A stretch of 59,057 bases of DNA from assembly GCA_019634195.1 (NCBI GenBank), contig JAHQVV010000202.1, forward strand, positions 1 to 59,057. Reading direction: 5' to 3'. A model generated the notes under the pieces. The model saw only the letters and a list, made by a program, of their open reading frames with translations. It ran no database searches and was not told where the DNA came from. A program made the translations under genes and the position numbers. This stretch comes from Phycisphaeraceae bacterium (GTDB lineage: Bacteria > Planctomycetota > Phycisphaerae > Phycisphaerales > Phycisphaeraceae). Positions 19,000-29,312 of this stretch are shown here, piece by piece. Each line of letters begins with the position of its first letter. Position 1 is the first letter of the stretch.

Positions 19000-20412
19000 A
19001 TGCGTATCGTGATGGTTGGAACGGGCTACGTGGGACTGGTGACCGGGACCTGTTTTGCAAATGTCGGCAATCATGTCACCTGCCTGGATATCGATCAGAC
19101 TAAGATCGACAAGCTCAACCAAGGCGTCTGCCCGATCTATGAGCCCGGTCTGGAGGAGATGATCCGCCGCAACACCAAGGCGGGCCGGCTGCAGTTCACC
19201 ACCGATGTGGCCGGCGCGTATCAGTCGGCCGAGGTGATCTTTATCTGCGTCGGCACGCCGAGCGATGACCGGGGCCGCGCCGACCTCAAGTATGTGCTCT
19301 CGGCCGCGGCCGACATCGGCAAAGCCCTCGAAGCCGGTCCAGGCACGACCAGTGGCAACTCAGACGACACGCCGCCTGCGAAGGTTATCGTTGTAAAGTC
19401 CACGGTCCCCGTTGGCACGAACCAGGCCGTCCGTACCGAGATCGCCAAGCACACGTGCGAGCCCTTTACGATGGGCTCCAACCCCGAGTTCCTCAAGGAA
19501 GGCGCCGCGATCAATGACTTCAACAAGCCCGATCGCGTCGTCATCGGCGCGGAGGATGAAGCCACCGGCGACCGTCTCCGCAAACTCTACGACCCGTTTA
19601 CGCGCAACGGCCACCCGATCTTTGTGATGGATATCCCCTCGGCCGAGATGGTCAAGTACGCCTCCAACGCCATGCTTGCGACCAAGATCAGTTTCATCAA
19701 CGAGATCGCGTCGCTCTGCGAAAACTTCGGCAGCAATATTGACGAGGTCTGGCGCGGCATGACCAGCGACAAGCGCATCGGCAATCAGTTCCTCTACCCC
19801 GGGCTGGGCTACGGCGGGTCGTGCTTCCCTAAGGACGTCCTCGCTTGCATCGCGATGGGTTTACAGAGCGGCCTGCCGACGCCGCTGCTCGAATCGGTGC
19901 ACCGGGTCAATCAGTCCCAGCGCAGTCGATTTATCGCCAAGCTCGATGGGCACTTCGGTGAAGGTGGCTTGGCCGGCAAGAAGATCGCCTTCTGGGGGAT
20001 CGCGTTCAAGCCCGGCACCAACGATATCCGTGAGGCCCCGTCCTTGACGCTGATGGACGCCGTTCTCGAGCGCGGGGCATCGGTCGTTGCTCACGACCCC
20101 GTCGCGATGGCGACCTGCCAAGATCACGGCATGCAGGACCGGGTCGCCTACAGCGACGATATGTATACGACGCTTGAGGGTGTTGATGCGCTTGTGGTCT
20201 GTACCGACTGGCCCGAGTTCAAGCAGCCCGATTTCGAGCAGATGCGTGAACGAATGAGTCAAGCCGTCATCTTTGATGGTCGAAATCTATATCAGCCCGA
20301 GTCGATGCTTGACGAGGGCTACACCTACTACTCCGTCGGGCGTCAGGTTGTCAATCGTGGTGGGCCCAGCGGCCCGGTGGATTCTGAATTTGTCGGGAGT
20401 GCCCTTGAATAA
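19000..20412 (+). CDS. ugd: UDP-glucose 6-dehydrogenase
   Basis: GTGYVGL, KSTVPVGT, NPEFLKEG, GYGGSCFPKD and DGRN motifs. Confidence 0.95.
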   Translation: MRIVMVGTGYVGLVTGTCFANVGNHVTCLDIDQTKIDKLNQGVCPIYEPGLEEMIRRNTKAGRLQFTTDVAGAYQSAEVIFICVGTPSDDRGRADLKYVLSAAADIGKALEAGPGTTSGNSDDTPPAKVIVVKSTVPVGTNQAVRTEIAKHTCEPFTMGSNPEFLKEGAAINDFNKPDRVVIGAEDEATGDRLRKLYDPFTRNGHPIFVMDIPSAEMVKYASNAMLATKISFINEIASLCENFGSNIDEVWRGMTSDKRIGNQFLYPGLGYGGSCFPKDVLACIAMGLQSGLPTPLLESVHRVNQSQRSRFIAKLDGHFGEGGLAGKKIAFWGIAFKPGTNDIREAPSLTLMDAVLERGASVVAHDPVAMATCQDHGMQDRVAYSDDMYTTLEGVDALVVCTDWPEFKQPDFEQMRERMSQAVIFDGRNLYQPESMLDEGYTYYSVGRQVVNRGGPSGPVDSEFVGSALE

Positions 20413-21619
20413 TCGTCGACATGATGTGCTGATCGTCGCATCGACCGATTGGATTAGCGCCGCCAGGCTGGTGCCCGTTCTGAAGCGTGCGGGTTGCGTG
20501 GTGACCGTTGTCGGCCCACGGGATTCGGCGCTGCTCAAGACGGGGGGTGTAGATCAAGCCGTTGTCGGTGGGGAAACAATCCAGCAAACCATTGATACTG
20601 CGCTGAAGCTGATTGATCACGCGCCTCGGCCGTTCGATTACATCCAGATCGCCGACGACCCCTTGCTCTGGCACCTCGCGGATCACCGGCATCAGGATCG
20701 CCTCAAGCCGATCACCCCGTTCGATCCGGCCTCTGAGGTTGGCGATATCCTCACGAGTAAGCACAGCTTCACCGAGAAGCTCTCTGGCCCGGCGTTCAAA
20801 GTTGTTCCCGGGCACCGGGCGTTCAGCAACGCCGAGGCGCTGGACGCGGCGGACCGGCTTGGCTACCCGGTGATCCTCAAGCCGTCGCGTGGGTCCGGCG
20901 GCGTGGCCGTCGCGATGCATCATTCAGAAGCGCAGCTCAAGGCCTACCTACGCAAAAACCCGATCGATCGGCCCTGTGTCGTCCAGCGATTTATCAGGGG
21001 CAGGGTCGGCCTGGTCGAAGCACTTCTCGATCATGGCAAGCCCAAGTGCTGGACCGTCTGGTACAAGACGCAAACCATCCGGGGCCCGTTCGGGGGATCG
21101 TCGGCTCGAGAACTCTTCACCCTCCCCGAGATGGAAGAACAACTGTTCGCCTTCGGCCAGGCCACCGGCTGGCACGGGTTCTGCGGCCTGGACCTGATCC
21201 ACGAAGAAGACACCGGTGATTTTTACTTCATCGAGGTCAACGCGAGGCAGACAACCGGCAACCTGTTTGGTTGGTGCGCGCAGGCGGATTTCTCGGAGGC
21301 CTTTGCCGCGATGCTTGACGGGCGGGCCGAGCAATTCCCACCAGTGCAGCACCGGCTTGATGGGCTGCGAATCCGTTCGTTCCCTGCCGATATCGACCGG
21401 GCGATCTACGACAGCGACGCGTGGTCACTCCTCACCGCGCCTTTTGATCCCGCGCTCTGGCGTGACATCCGAAGCCAGGATGTGCGCCTGATCAAACATG
21501 GCGGCTACGTCGTCTGGCTTTCGGCCAAGCGGAAGATCAAGCATATCTTCGGGAAGATCACGCGCACGCACGGCCAGATGGAAGAGCACGACAGCACGTA
21601 TGAAACAGCGGCGCGATGA
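20399..21619 (+). CDS. ATP-grasp domain protein
   Basis: LGYPVILKP..GSGG, VQRFI.G, GLD and FIEVNAR motifs; likely start GTG 20399 or TTG 20405, overlapping ugd. Confidence 0.78.
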   Translation: MPLNNRRHDVLIVASTDWISAARLVPVLKRAGCVVTVVGPRDSALLKTGGVDQAVVGGETIQQTIDTALKLIDHAPRPFDYIQIADDPLLWHLADHRHQDRLKPITPFDPASEVGDILTSKHSFTEKLSGPAFKVVPGHRAFSNAEALDAADRLGYPVILKPSRGSGGVAVAMHHSEAQLKAYLRKNPIDRPCVVQRFIRGRVGLVEALLDHGKPKCWTVWYKTQTIRGPFGGSSARELFTLPEMEEQLFAFGQATGWHGFCGLDLIHEEDTGDFYFIEVNARQTTGNLFGWCAQADFSEAFAAMLDGRAEQFPPVQHRLDGLRIRSFPADIDRAIYDSDAWSLLTAPFDPALWRDIRSQDVRLIKHGGYVVWLSAKRKIKHIFGKITRTHGQMEEHDSTYETAAR

Positions 21620-21650
21620 TCTGGGCCGAGCGGCTTGTTGGGGCGCGCGG

Positions 21651-22952
21651 CTAGCTCGATGCGCGCTGGTCCGATGGCTCGGCTGGTGCTTGGTCTGACA
21701 GCCGCCGCCAACTGACCAGCCCGCCCAGCCCCAGGCAGATGAACGCCAGGGTGATGGCGAGTGCCCCCCATTGCAGTTGTGTCCTGGGCAGTAGCTCGGC
21801 GATCGATTCAATCACCCAGCGTGCGTGCCGGGCCATCGCGGCGGCTGTGTGTCCCAGTGCCGCGGCGATCACGGGCATCGCGATGGGGATGACGCCGAAT
21901 GCCTTTCGCCCGTTGATCCACCAGCCCCAGAACAGGATCACCGGCGCGATGAGCAGGACGCCACGCAGCGGCGAGAACGCCAGCCAACTCTGCGTCCAGG
22001 ATTCGATCGTGAGCTGCTCCGCAGGCATGAGGCCCGGCACGATCGCGCAGGCCACGACGATGGCCGCGGCCTTCGCGCTGGGGGCGGGTCCGCCCAGGCG
22101 GTGCTGCTGCCGCAGGATCACCGCCGCTAATCCAAGCAGCAGCGGCGAGAGCATGCTCAGCTCAAAGGTGTTCTCGTACACCCACAGCAGGGCGGTCGCG
22201 TGGCCGATCAGCGAGATCAGCGGCAGGACGATCAGCCCGCCGACGACGAGCCGCTGCAACTGCACGTGGTCTGGATGATCGCTGTCTGTAAAGCGGGCCC
22301 AGTGCAGGGGCAACGCATAGAGCGCAACCGCCGCGCCGAGGCTGCACCAAACCACCATCGCAAGGGGTTGGCTGAGGAAGCCATCGTGGGCCATCAGCCG
22401 GACCGCGATTGGCATGGCGTACATCAGGGTTAGGCTCGCCGAGATCGCTGCTACAGCCCCTCGCGTCGGTCGGATGCCCAGCGAACGGGCAATCCACCAG
22501 GCTTTGACCAGGGCTAGCCCGGCCGCAGCCGCCGCGACGATCGCCCCGATCTCGGGCTTGAAGATACTTGTCTCGTTGTAGACGAACGAGGCGTCGACGA
22601 TCAGCAGCAACGCCAAGCCCAGGAGGTGCCGGGTGTCCCGGACCAGGGTCTGGCTGCGTGACAGGACGAGGCCGAGCCAGATCACCGTGAACTCGTAGAC
22701 ATTCAGGACCGTGAGCAGTGCGATGAGCATCAGCAGCACGGGCCCGTCGCCGACCGCGGCCGGGTCGTAGCCGTGGATCACACCGCTGACGAGGAAGCAG
22801 CCGCCAAGCATGAACACCCCGCTGATCAGGAACAGCGGGTTGCGATCGATGACCCACGACCACCGGCTGGGCTTAGGCTCATCAACAGCAAGGTCGATCG
22901 TTTCGCGCTGGGACAGCGGGACCTCCGGCGGGGGGTTGGTCCGGTCGTGCAT
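21651..22952 (-). CDS. Polytopic membrane protein of unknown function
   Basis: About 12 hydrophobic segments; NPLFLISG N-terminal motif; AAGGAG SD before ATG 22952. Confidence 0.75.
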   Translation of the reverse strand: MHDRTNPPPEVPLSQRETIDLAVDEPKPSRWSWVIDRNPLFLISGVFMLGGCFLVSGVIHGYDPAAVGDGPVLLMLIALLTVLNVYEFTVIWLGLVLSRSQTLVRDTRHLLGLALLLIVDASFVYNETSIFKPEIGAIVAAAAAGLALVKAWWIARSLGIRPTRGAVAAISASLTLMYAMPIAVRLMAHDGFLSQPLAMVVWCSLGAAVALYALPLHWARFTDSDHPDHVQLQRLVVGGLIVLPLISLIGHATALLWVYENTFELSMLSPLLLGLAAVILRQQHRLGGPAPSAKAAAIVVACAIVPGLMPAEQLTIESWTQSWLAFSPLRGVLLIAPVILFWGWWINGRKAFGVIPIAMPVIAAALGHTAAAMARHARWVIESIAELLPRTQLQWGALAITLAFICLGLGGLVSWRRLSDQAPAEPSDQRASS

Positions 22953-23025
22953 GACGCGCTCCTTATGGCTTGCCTCCGGACGCACCGACCGCGTAGTCAG
23001 CGCGCCGAACGCACTTTGGGTCAAG

Positions 23026-23210
23026 AAAAACCCTGGCGGTCATGGTCGGCAGCCACGCACGCGCTGACTCCGTCAACAACTTTGGCGCATGCACCGCCTG
23101 GCCTGGTATGCATCACGCCCCATTGGCGTGCCCGGAGCTGCCTCTAGGGAGATGGCACAACCGATGCGACGCCGTCGCTGGCGAAGCCCCGCCGGCATGA
23201 ACCGCCAGGG
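23026..23210 (-). ncRNA. Candidate ~180-nt structured RNA (or MITE-like element)
   Basis: Ends pair (CCCTGGCGGTCATG / CATGAACCGCCAGGG), with an extended imperfect rod, three internal hairpins and TTTTT after the stem on the minus strand. Strand is uncertain. Confidence 0.45.
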
Positions 23211-23432
23211 CAAAACTCAAGTTGTCAGTGGGGAACTGCGAGGAGGGAATGATGCGGTAAGAAAATGACGGTTAATTGGGTTCCTCAGCAAGCCGCCCAG
23301 TTCAAGTTGTCTACTTCAATCTTATTCGTTTATCGCCAAAAACAAAGCGTTTCCTGCAGGAAAATGAAAAAAAATTTCAGATGCCTGCTGCGATTAACTA
23401 CGCGCTTGCTGCTTGCGGGTTGCATTGCATTT

Positions 23433-23532
23433 CTCACGCAAAGGCGCCAAGGCGCAAAGAAAAGACAAGCAAGTGATTGCTTGTCTTTGGTTCTTTTGTC
23501 TTGACCTTTGCGCCTTCGCGCCTTTGCGTGAG
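23433..23532. repeat. Long REP-like palindrome with nested hairpin
   Basis: 27-nt arms CTCACGCAAAGGCGCCAAGGCGCAAAG / CTTTGCGCCTTCGCGCCTTTGCGTGAG; inner AAAGACAAGCAA-GTGA-TTGCTTGTCTTT. Confidence 0.85.
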
Positions 23533-23540
23533 GTCCTGCC

Positions 23541-24458
23541 TTAGATCCCCGCGCCGATGTCCAGGTGTGAGCCGAAGGTCTCGAGCCGCTCATCGATGTG
23601 GCTGCGATCGATCTCGGACAGGCGGTCGGTCGAGAACTTCTCGATGGTGTAGCTCGCGACAACCGTGCCGTAGGCCATCGCGCGTTTGATCGAATCGACC
23701 GATACATCATCGACCGCGCTGAGGTAGCCCATCATCCCGCTGGCAAAGGAGTCGCCCGCGCCGGTGGGGTCGACTACTTGGTCGGACGGGAACGCGGGCA
23801 AGACGCCTGTGCCTTCTTTGTGCCGCAGGATCGCGCCGTGCTCGCCTTTCTTGACGACCACAAAGGTCGGTCCCATCGCGAGTACGGCGTCGGCGGCCTT
23901 GACGACGTTGCTTTCGCCGGTGAGCTGCTTGGCCTCCGAGTCGTTGAGCACGAAGCCATCGATCTTGGTCAGCAGGTCCTTGAGCAGGCCTGGTTCGGTC
24001 TCGATCCACAGGTCCATCGTGTCGGCCACAACGAGCTTGCTCTGCGGGAACTGCTCGCGCAAGGCCAACTGCCCGGCCGGGTGCGTGTTCGCGAGGAAGA
24101 CGTACTGCGAGTCTTTGTAGTGCTCGGGCACCGGGGGCAGCGCCTCGCCCAGCACGTTCAGCTCGACCGCCAGCGTGTCGCGGTCGTTCATGTTCTCGTG
24201 GTAACGCCCGTGCCAGCGGAAGGTCTTGGAGCCTTCGCGTTTCTCAAGGCCATCGGTGCAGACGTCGAACCGGTTGAACTGTTCGTGGAAGTGCTCGGGG
24301 AAGTCCTCGCCCACCGCCGCGACGAGGCGGACCTTGGTGAAGAACGACGCCCCGGCCGCGAAGTAGATCGACGAGCCGCCGAGCACGTCGTCGGCCCGCT
24401 GGCCGTCGGGGGTTTCCACGGTGTCGATACCAACGCTGCCGGTGACGATCAGGCTCAT
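23541..24458 (-). CDS. PfkB/ribokinase family carbohydrate/nucleoside kinase
   Basis: GGS, KKGEHG and DPTGAGDSFA signature. Confidence 0.92.
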   Translation of the reverse strand: MSLIVTGSVGIDTVETPDGQRADDVLGGSSIYFAAGASFFTKVRLVAAVGEDFPEHFHEQFNRFDVCTDGLEKREGSKTFRWHGRYHENMNDRDTLAVELNVLGEALPPVPEHYKDSQYVFLANTHPAGQLALREQFPQSKLVVADTMDLWIETEPGLLKDLLTKIDGFVLNDSEAKQLTGESNVVKAADAVLAMGPTFVVVKKGEHGAILRHKEGTGVLPAFPSDQVVDPTGAGDSFASGMMGYLSAVDDVSVDSIKRAMAYGTVVASYTIEKFSTDRLSEIDRSHIDERLETFGSHLDIGAGI

Positions 24459-24486
24459 GATGAAATCCAGCTCTCAGTGGTTGTGC

Positions 24487-24556
24487 CTCACGCGGAGGCG
24501 CGGAGGCGCAGAGATTAATTCAGAAGGTTCTCAGCGCCTCTGCGCCGCTGCGTGAG
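24487..24556. repeat. REP-like palindrome related to 23433-23532
   Basis: CTCACGCGGAGGCGCGGAGGCGCAGAGA ... TCTCAGCGCCTCTGCGCCGCTGCGTGAG. Confidence 0.8.
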
Positions 24557-24570
24557 ACCTGATGGTTTAT

Positions 24571-24984
24571 TCAAACACCCGCCATCTTGCAGACGGTTTT
24601 CCATTCGCTGGCCTTGACCGGCTGCACACTCAGCCGCGAGTTGTTCACCAGCACCATGTCTTTCAGTGAGGCCTTGGCCTTGATGTCCGCGAGGGTGACG
24701 GGGTTTTTCACGGCGGTGACCGCTTTGATCGTCGGGTAGCCCCAGGGGTCGTCGGGCGTGTTGGGGTCGGGCTCCCATTCTTTGGCGATCTCGACGATGC
24801 CGACGATGGTTTTTTCCTTGACCGAGTGGTAGAAGAAGCAGCGGTCGCCTTTCTTCATTTGTTTAAGGTTTTTGTTCGCCTGGTGGTTCTTGACGCCGTC
24901 CCACTCGGTGGATTTCTTCGGCGAGTTCATCTGGTCGTCCCACGACCACGCGCCGGGCTCGGTTTTGATCAGCCAGTATTTCAT
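24571..24984 (-). CDS. EVE domain protein
   Basis: YWLIKTEP, WDGVKNHQA, FYHS and RLSVQPV motifs. Confidence 0.93.
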   Translation of the reverse strand: MKYWLIKTEPGAWSWDDQMNSPKKSTEWDGVKNHQANKNLKQMKKGDRCFFYHSVKEKTIVGIVEIAKEWEPDPNTPDDPWGYPTIKAVTAVKNPVTLADIKAKASLKDMVLVNNSRLSVQPVKASEWKTVCKMAGV

Positions 24985-26642
24985 GCTTGCGACTCCATGT
25001 GTGCTTTCGCGGCGGCTAGGCAGCGGTCGATGCGTTCAAGCGTTGATGACTTACCCAGCAGATCAAGCGTCACATCCAGCGGCGGCGTCACCGGCGAGCC
25101 CGCGACCGCGATCCGCACCGGCTGAGCATACTTACCCATGTTGATCCCGGCCGCTTCCGCCAGCTCGTTGATCTTCTCGTGCGCCGTGTGGCCGAAGTTG
25201 TCCTCGGGTAAGCCATCGAAAGCGGCGCGAACTTCTCCGAGCAGCTTGACGCCCGCGCCGTTGCTGTTGGTCATCGCCTTGCGGATCGGCTTGGGCGCGA
25301 AGTCGTATTCAATGCCGTCGTCCTCCGCGATCAGGAACGTGTTCGCATCCAACGGCTGCGGCAGCGTTTCCGCCCGCTCCTGCACGGCCGTGCAGAACGT
25401 CTGCCAGTCGTCACCATTGAAGACGCTGGCTTCCTGCCAATCGGGACGGTAGTTCTTGACGTAGCCACCTAGCTCACATGCAAAGTCGTCTTTGGACAGT
25501 TCACGGATCGCATCGCCGTTGAACGACCTGAGCTTGTCGCGATCGAAGGTCGAGTTAGCCTTGCCGACGCGGTCGAAGTCGAAGTGCTTGGATAGAAAGT
25601 CGAGGTCGAATTTTTCTTGGTTGTCTCCGGGGTTCCAGCCGAGCAGGGCGATGTAGTTCAGGCAGACGCCGGGTAGGTACCCTGACTCAAGGAAATCGTT
25701 TACATCGATCTCTGGAAGTTTCAGCCCAAGCTTATGGGCAATCGCCAGCGTGATGTCATTGTCGTTGTTATCCGCATCGATAAACGCATCGAAACGAGCG
25801 GCGTCAATACCATCTGCTTTGGCGATCTTGGCGATCTTGGCGATCTTGGCGGCTTGCCTTGCCGCTTTCGCCTTATCTCGCTTGCTCATCTTCGAGCCGC
25901 CAGGGTTCATGATGCTGGGGGTATGCACCCAGGTGGGCCGGGCCCAGGTGACGGCGTCGTTCGTCAGCTTCGCCAACGCGTCGTAGATCGCCGCATGCTT
26001 GGTCGTGTTGCTCAGGTGCTCCTGCCCACGGATGACGTGGGTGACGCCCATCAAGGCGTCGTCGCACACGACTGCGAAGTGGAACGTGGGTAGCCTGCCG
26101 CCGTCATCGCCCTTGCGGATGACGAAGTCTTCGAGGTCCTCGGCCTTGACTTCGATGTGGCCATATACCGCGTCATCAAACGCGATGTCGCCGCGGTGGC
26201 CGCCCATCTTCAGGCGGACGGCACCGTCTTCTTCGTAGGCCTCACCGGCGTCGAGGAGCAACTGGATGTAGTGGTCGTACAGGCCTTGCTCCGCGCGTTG
26301 GCTCTGGAAGTAGGGCCCGTTGTCGCCGACCTGTCGGTTGTACGGGTCGAAGTCTTCGTCCGGCCCCTTGCCGCAGTCGCAGGCCTGCTTCATGCACGGG
26401 CCCTTGGGCCCTTCGTCCCACATGAGCCCCAGCCACACGAGGTCGCGGATGATGCCGCGGGTGGACTCGGGGCTGGAGCGTTTGAGGTCGGTGTCCTCGA
26501 TGCGGAGGATGAACTTGCCGCTGTGCCCACGGGCATAGGCCCAGGCGAACAGCGCGGTGCGGGCACCGCCGATGTGCAGCGCGCCGGTCGGGCTGGGCGC
26601 GAAGCGGGTGACGACGGGGCGGTGGTTGGTGTCGGCTGGCAT
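24981..26642 (-). CDS. gltX: Glutamate--tRNA ligase
   Basis: RFAPSPTG, HIGG, LRIEDTD, IRGQEH, KMSKR and LLGWNP motifs. Confidence 0.95.
   Translation of the reverse strand: MPADTNHRPVVTRFAPSPTGALHIGGARTALFAWAYARGHSGKFILRIEDTDLKRSSPESTRGIIRDLVWLGLMWDEGPKGPCMKQACDCGKGPDEDFDPYNRQVGDNGPYFQSQRAEQGLYDHYIQLLLDAGEAYEEDGAVRLKMGGHRGDIAFDDAVYGHIEVKAEDLEDFVIRKGDDGGRLPTFHFAVVCDDALMGVTHVIRGQEHLSNTTKHAAIYDALAKLTNDAVTWARPTWVHTPSIMNPGGSKMSKRDKAKAARQAAKIAKIAKIAKADGIDAARFDAFIDADNNDNDITLAIAHKLGLKLPEIDVNDFLESGYLPGVCLNYIALLGWNPGDNQEKFDLDFLSKHFDFDRVGKANSTFDRDKLRSFNGDAIRELSKDDFACELGGYVKNYRPDWQEASVFNGDDWQTFCTAVQERAETLPQPLDANTFLIAEDDGIEYDFAPKPIRKAMTNSNGAGVKLLGEVRAAFDGLPEDNFGHTAHEKINELAEAAGINMGKYAQPVRIAVAGSPVTPPLDVTLDLLGKSSTLERIDRCLAAAKAHMESQA
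25819..25850. repeat. 9-bp tandem repeat (TTGGCGATC x3.5) inside gltX, encoding AKI repeats
   Basis: ttggcgatc ttggcgatc ttggcgatc ttggc. Confidence 0.85.
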
Positions 26643-26710
26643 AAGAGGGGGATTGTAGCGACCTAGGCAGGTAATGAAATGGGAGGGCGAGTTCGAGTTG
26701 TTGGCCGTTG

Positions 26711-27124
26711 TTAGGACACGGCCGCGACGCCTGCTTCGGCGACGGCGTGGTCGTTCTCGACGGTGGAGCCGGAGACGCCGATGGCGCCGATGACGTTGCC
26801 GTCGCTGTCCTTGATGGGCAGGCCGCCTGGGAAGGTGATCAGCCCGCCGTTGGAGACCTCGATGTTGAAGAGCGGGGCGCCGGGCTGGGACAGCTCGCCG
26901 ATGGTGCCGGTGGGGAAGTCGAAGAAGCGGGAGGTCTTGGCCTTCTTGATAGCGATATCGATCGAGCCGAGCCAGGCGCCGTCCATGCGGGCAAACGCCT
27001 TGAGGTTCGCGCCGGCGTCAACGACGCAGATGTCCATGAGCGTGTCGATCTCGGCGGCCTTCTTGGCGGCGGCGGCGACGGCGGCTTGTGCTTGTTCGAG
27101 GGAGATATCAGGGGTGTTCATCAA
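26711..27124 (-). CDS. GlcG/HbpS family heme-binding protein
   Basis: [24 protein letters not shown] and IGAIGVSG motifs. Confidence 0.9.
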   Translation of the reverse strand: MMNTPDISLEQAQAAVAAAAKKAAEIDTLMDICVVDAGANLKAFARMDGAWLGSIDIAIKKAKTSRFFDFPTGTIGELSQPGAPLFNIEVSNGGLITFPGGLPIKDSDGNVIGAIGVSGSTVENDHAVAEAGVAAVS

Positions 27125-27216
27125 TCGGCTCCGGGGGAGGGTTGGGGGAGTTGTTCGAGGCGAGACTATACCATCGCCCCGGACACGGGTGCATTAATCA
27201 GTAGAATGCGGCCCGC

Positions 27217-28959
<1,743 letters not shown>

Positions 28960-28965
28960 GCGGCG

Positions 28966-29175
28966 TCACGCCACGACGCTGATTGTCTGGCCCGGCCCGA
29001 GTGGGCGCTGGGCCTGTTGCTGAGCGTTTTGCTGGATCTCGGCGGCGGATTGCAAGAGCGATAGCGCCGCGTCGCCCTGGGCCTTCGTGCTGTCCAACTG
29101 CTTACGAGCCACGGCGTAAGAAACCTCGGTCTGGACCTGGGCCTGCTGGATCGCGCTTGCGGTGGAAACGTTCAT
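28966..29175 (-). CDS. YjfB-like putative motility protein
   Basis: EVSYAVARKQLD..KAQG.AAL.LLQSA...G..I.V.A pattern; 69 aa. Confidence 0.65.
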   Translation of the reverse strand: MNVSTASAIQQAQVQTEVSYAVARKQLDSTKAQGDAALSLLQSAAEIQQNAQQQAQRPLGPGQTISVVA

Positions 29176-29261
29176 GTTCAATTCATCGGCGGGCCGGTGC
29201 GATTTCATCACGTCCGCCAAGGTTATCGTTTTTAGTCGGCTTGTTTAATTGTTTTTGTGCC

Positions 29262-29312
29262 TTGACAGGGTATTTTGTACGGTTAATGTTCGCATATGCA
29301 AGAAAGCGAACA
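29262..29312 (+). promoter_or_regulatory. Sigma70 promoter with overlapping candidate SOS operator
   Basis: TTGACA-N16-TAATGT; GTAC-N7-GTTC over the -10; TGTTCGC-N12-GCGAACA palindrome over the start codon. Confidence 0.5.

Noticed and set aside
23153-23168. Sigma54-like TGGCAC-N5-ATGC on the + strand
   Set aside because: It points away from the adjacent gene, precedes only a 23-codon ORF and lies within the structured element; probably chance.
23200-23260. c-di-GMP-I or cobalamin riboswitch (CAGGGCAAAAC, GGGAA)
   Set aside because: The remaining conserved elements and stems are missing.
23217-23311. TCAAGTTGTC direct repeats as a CRISPR remnant
   Set aside because: Only two 10-bp copies and no cas genes.
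23265-23504. Short basic ORFs (TQRRQGAK type)
   Set aside because: These are translations of the palindromic repeat and AT-rich intergenic DNA.
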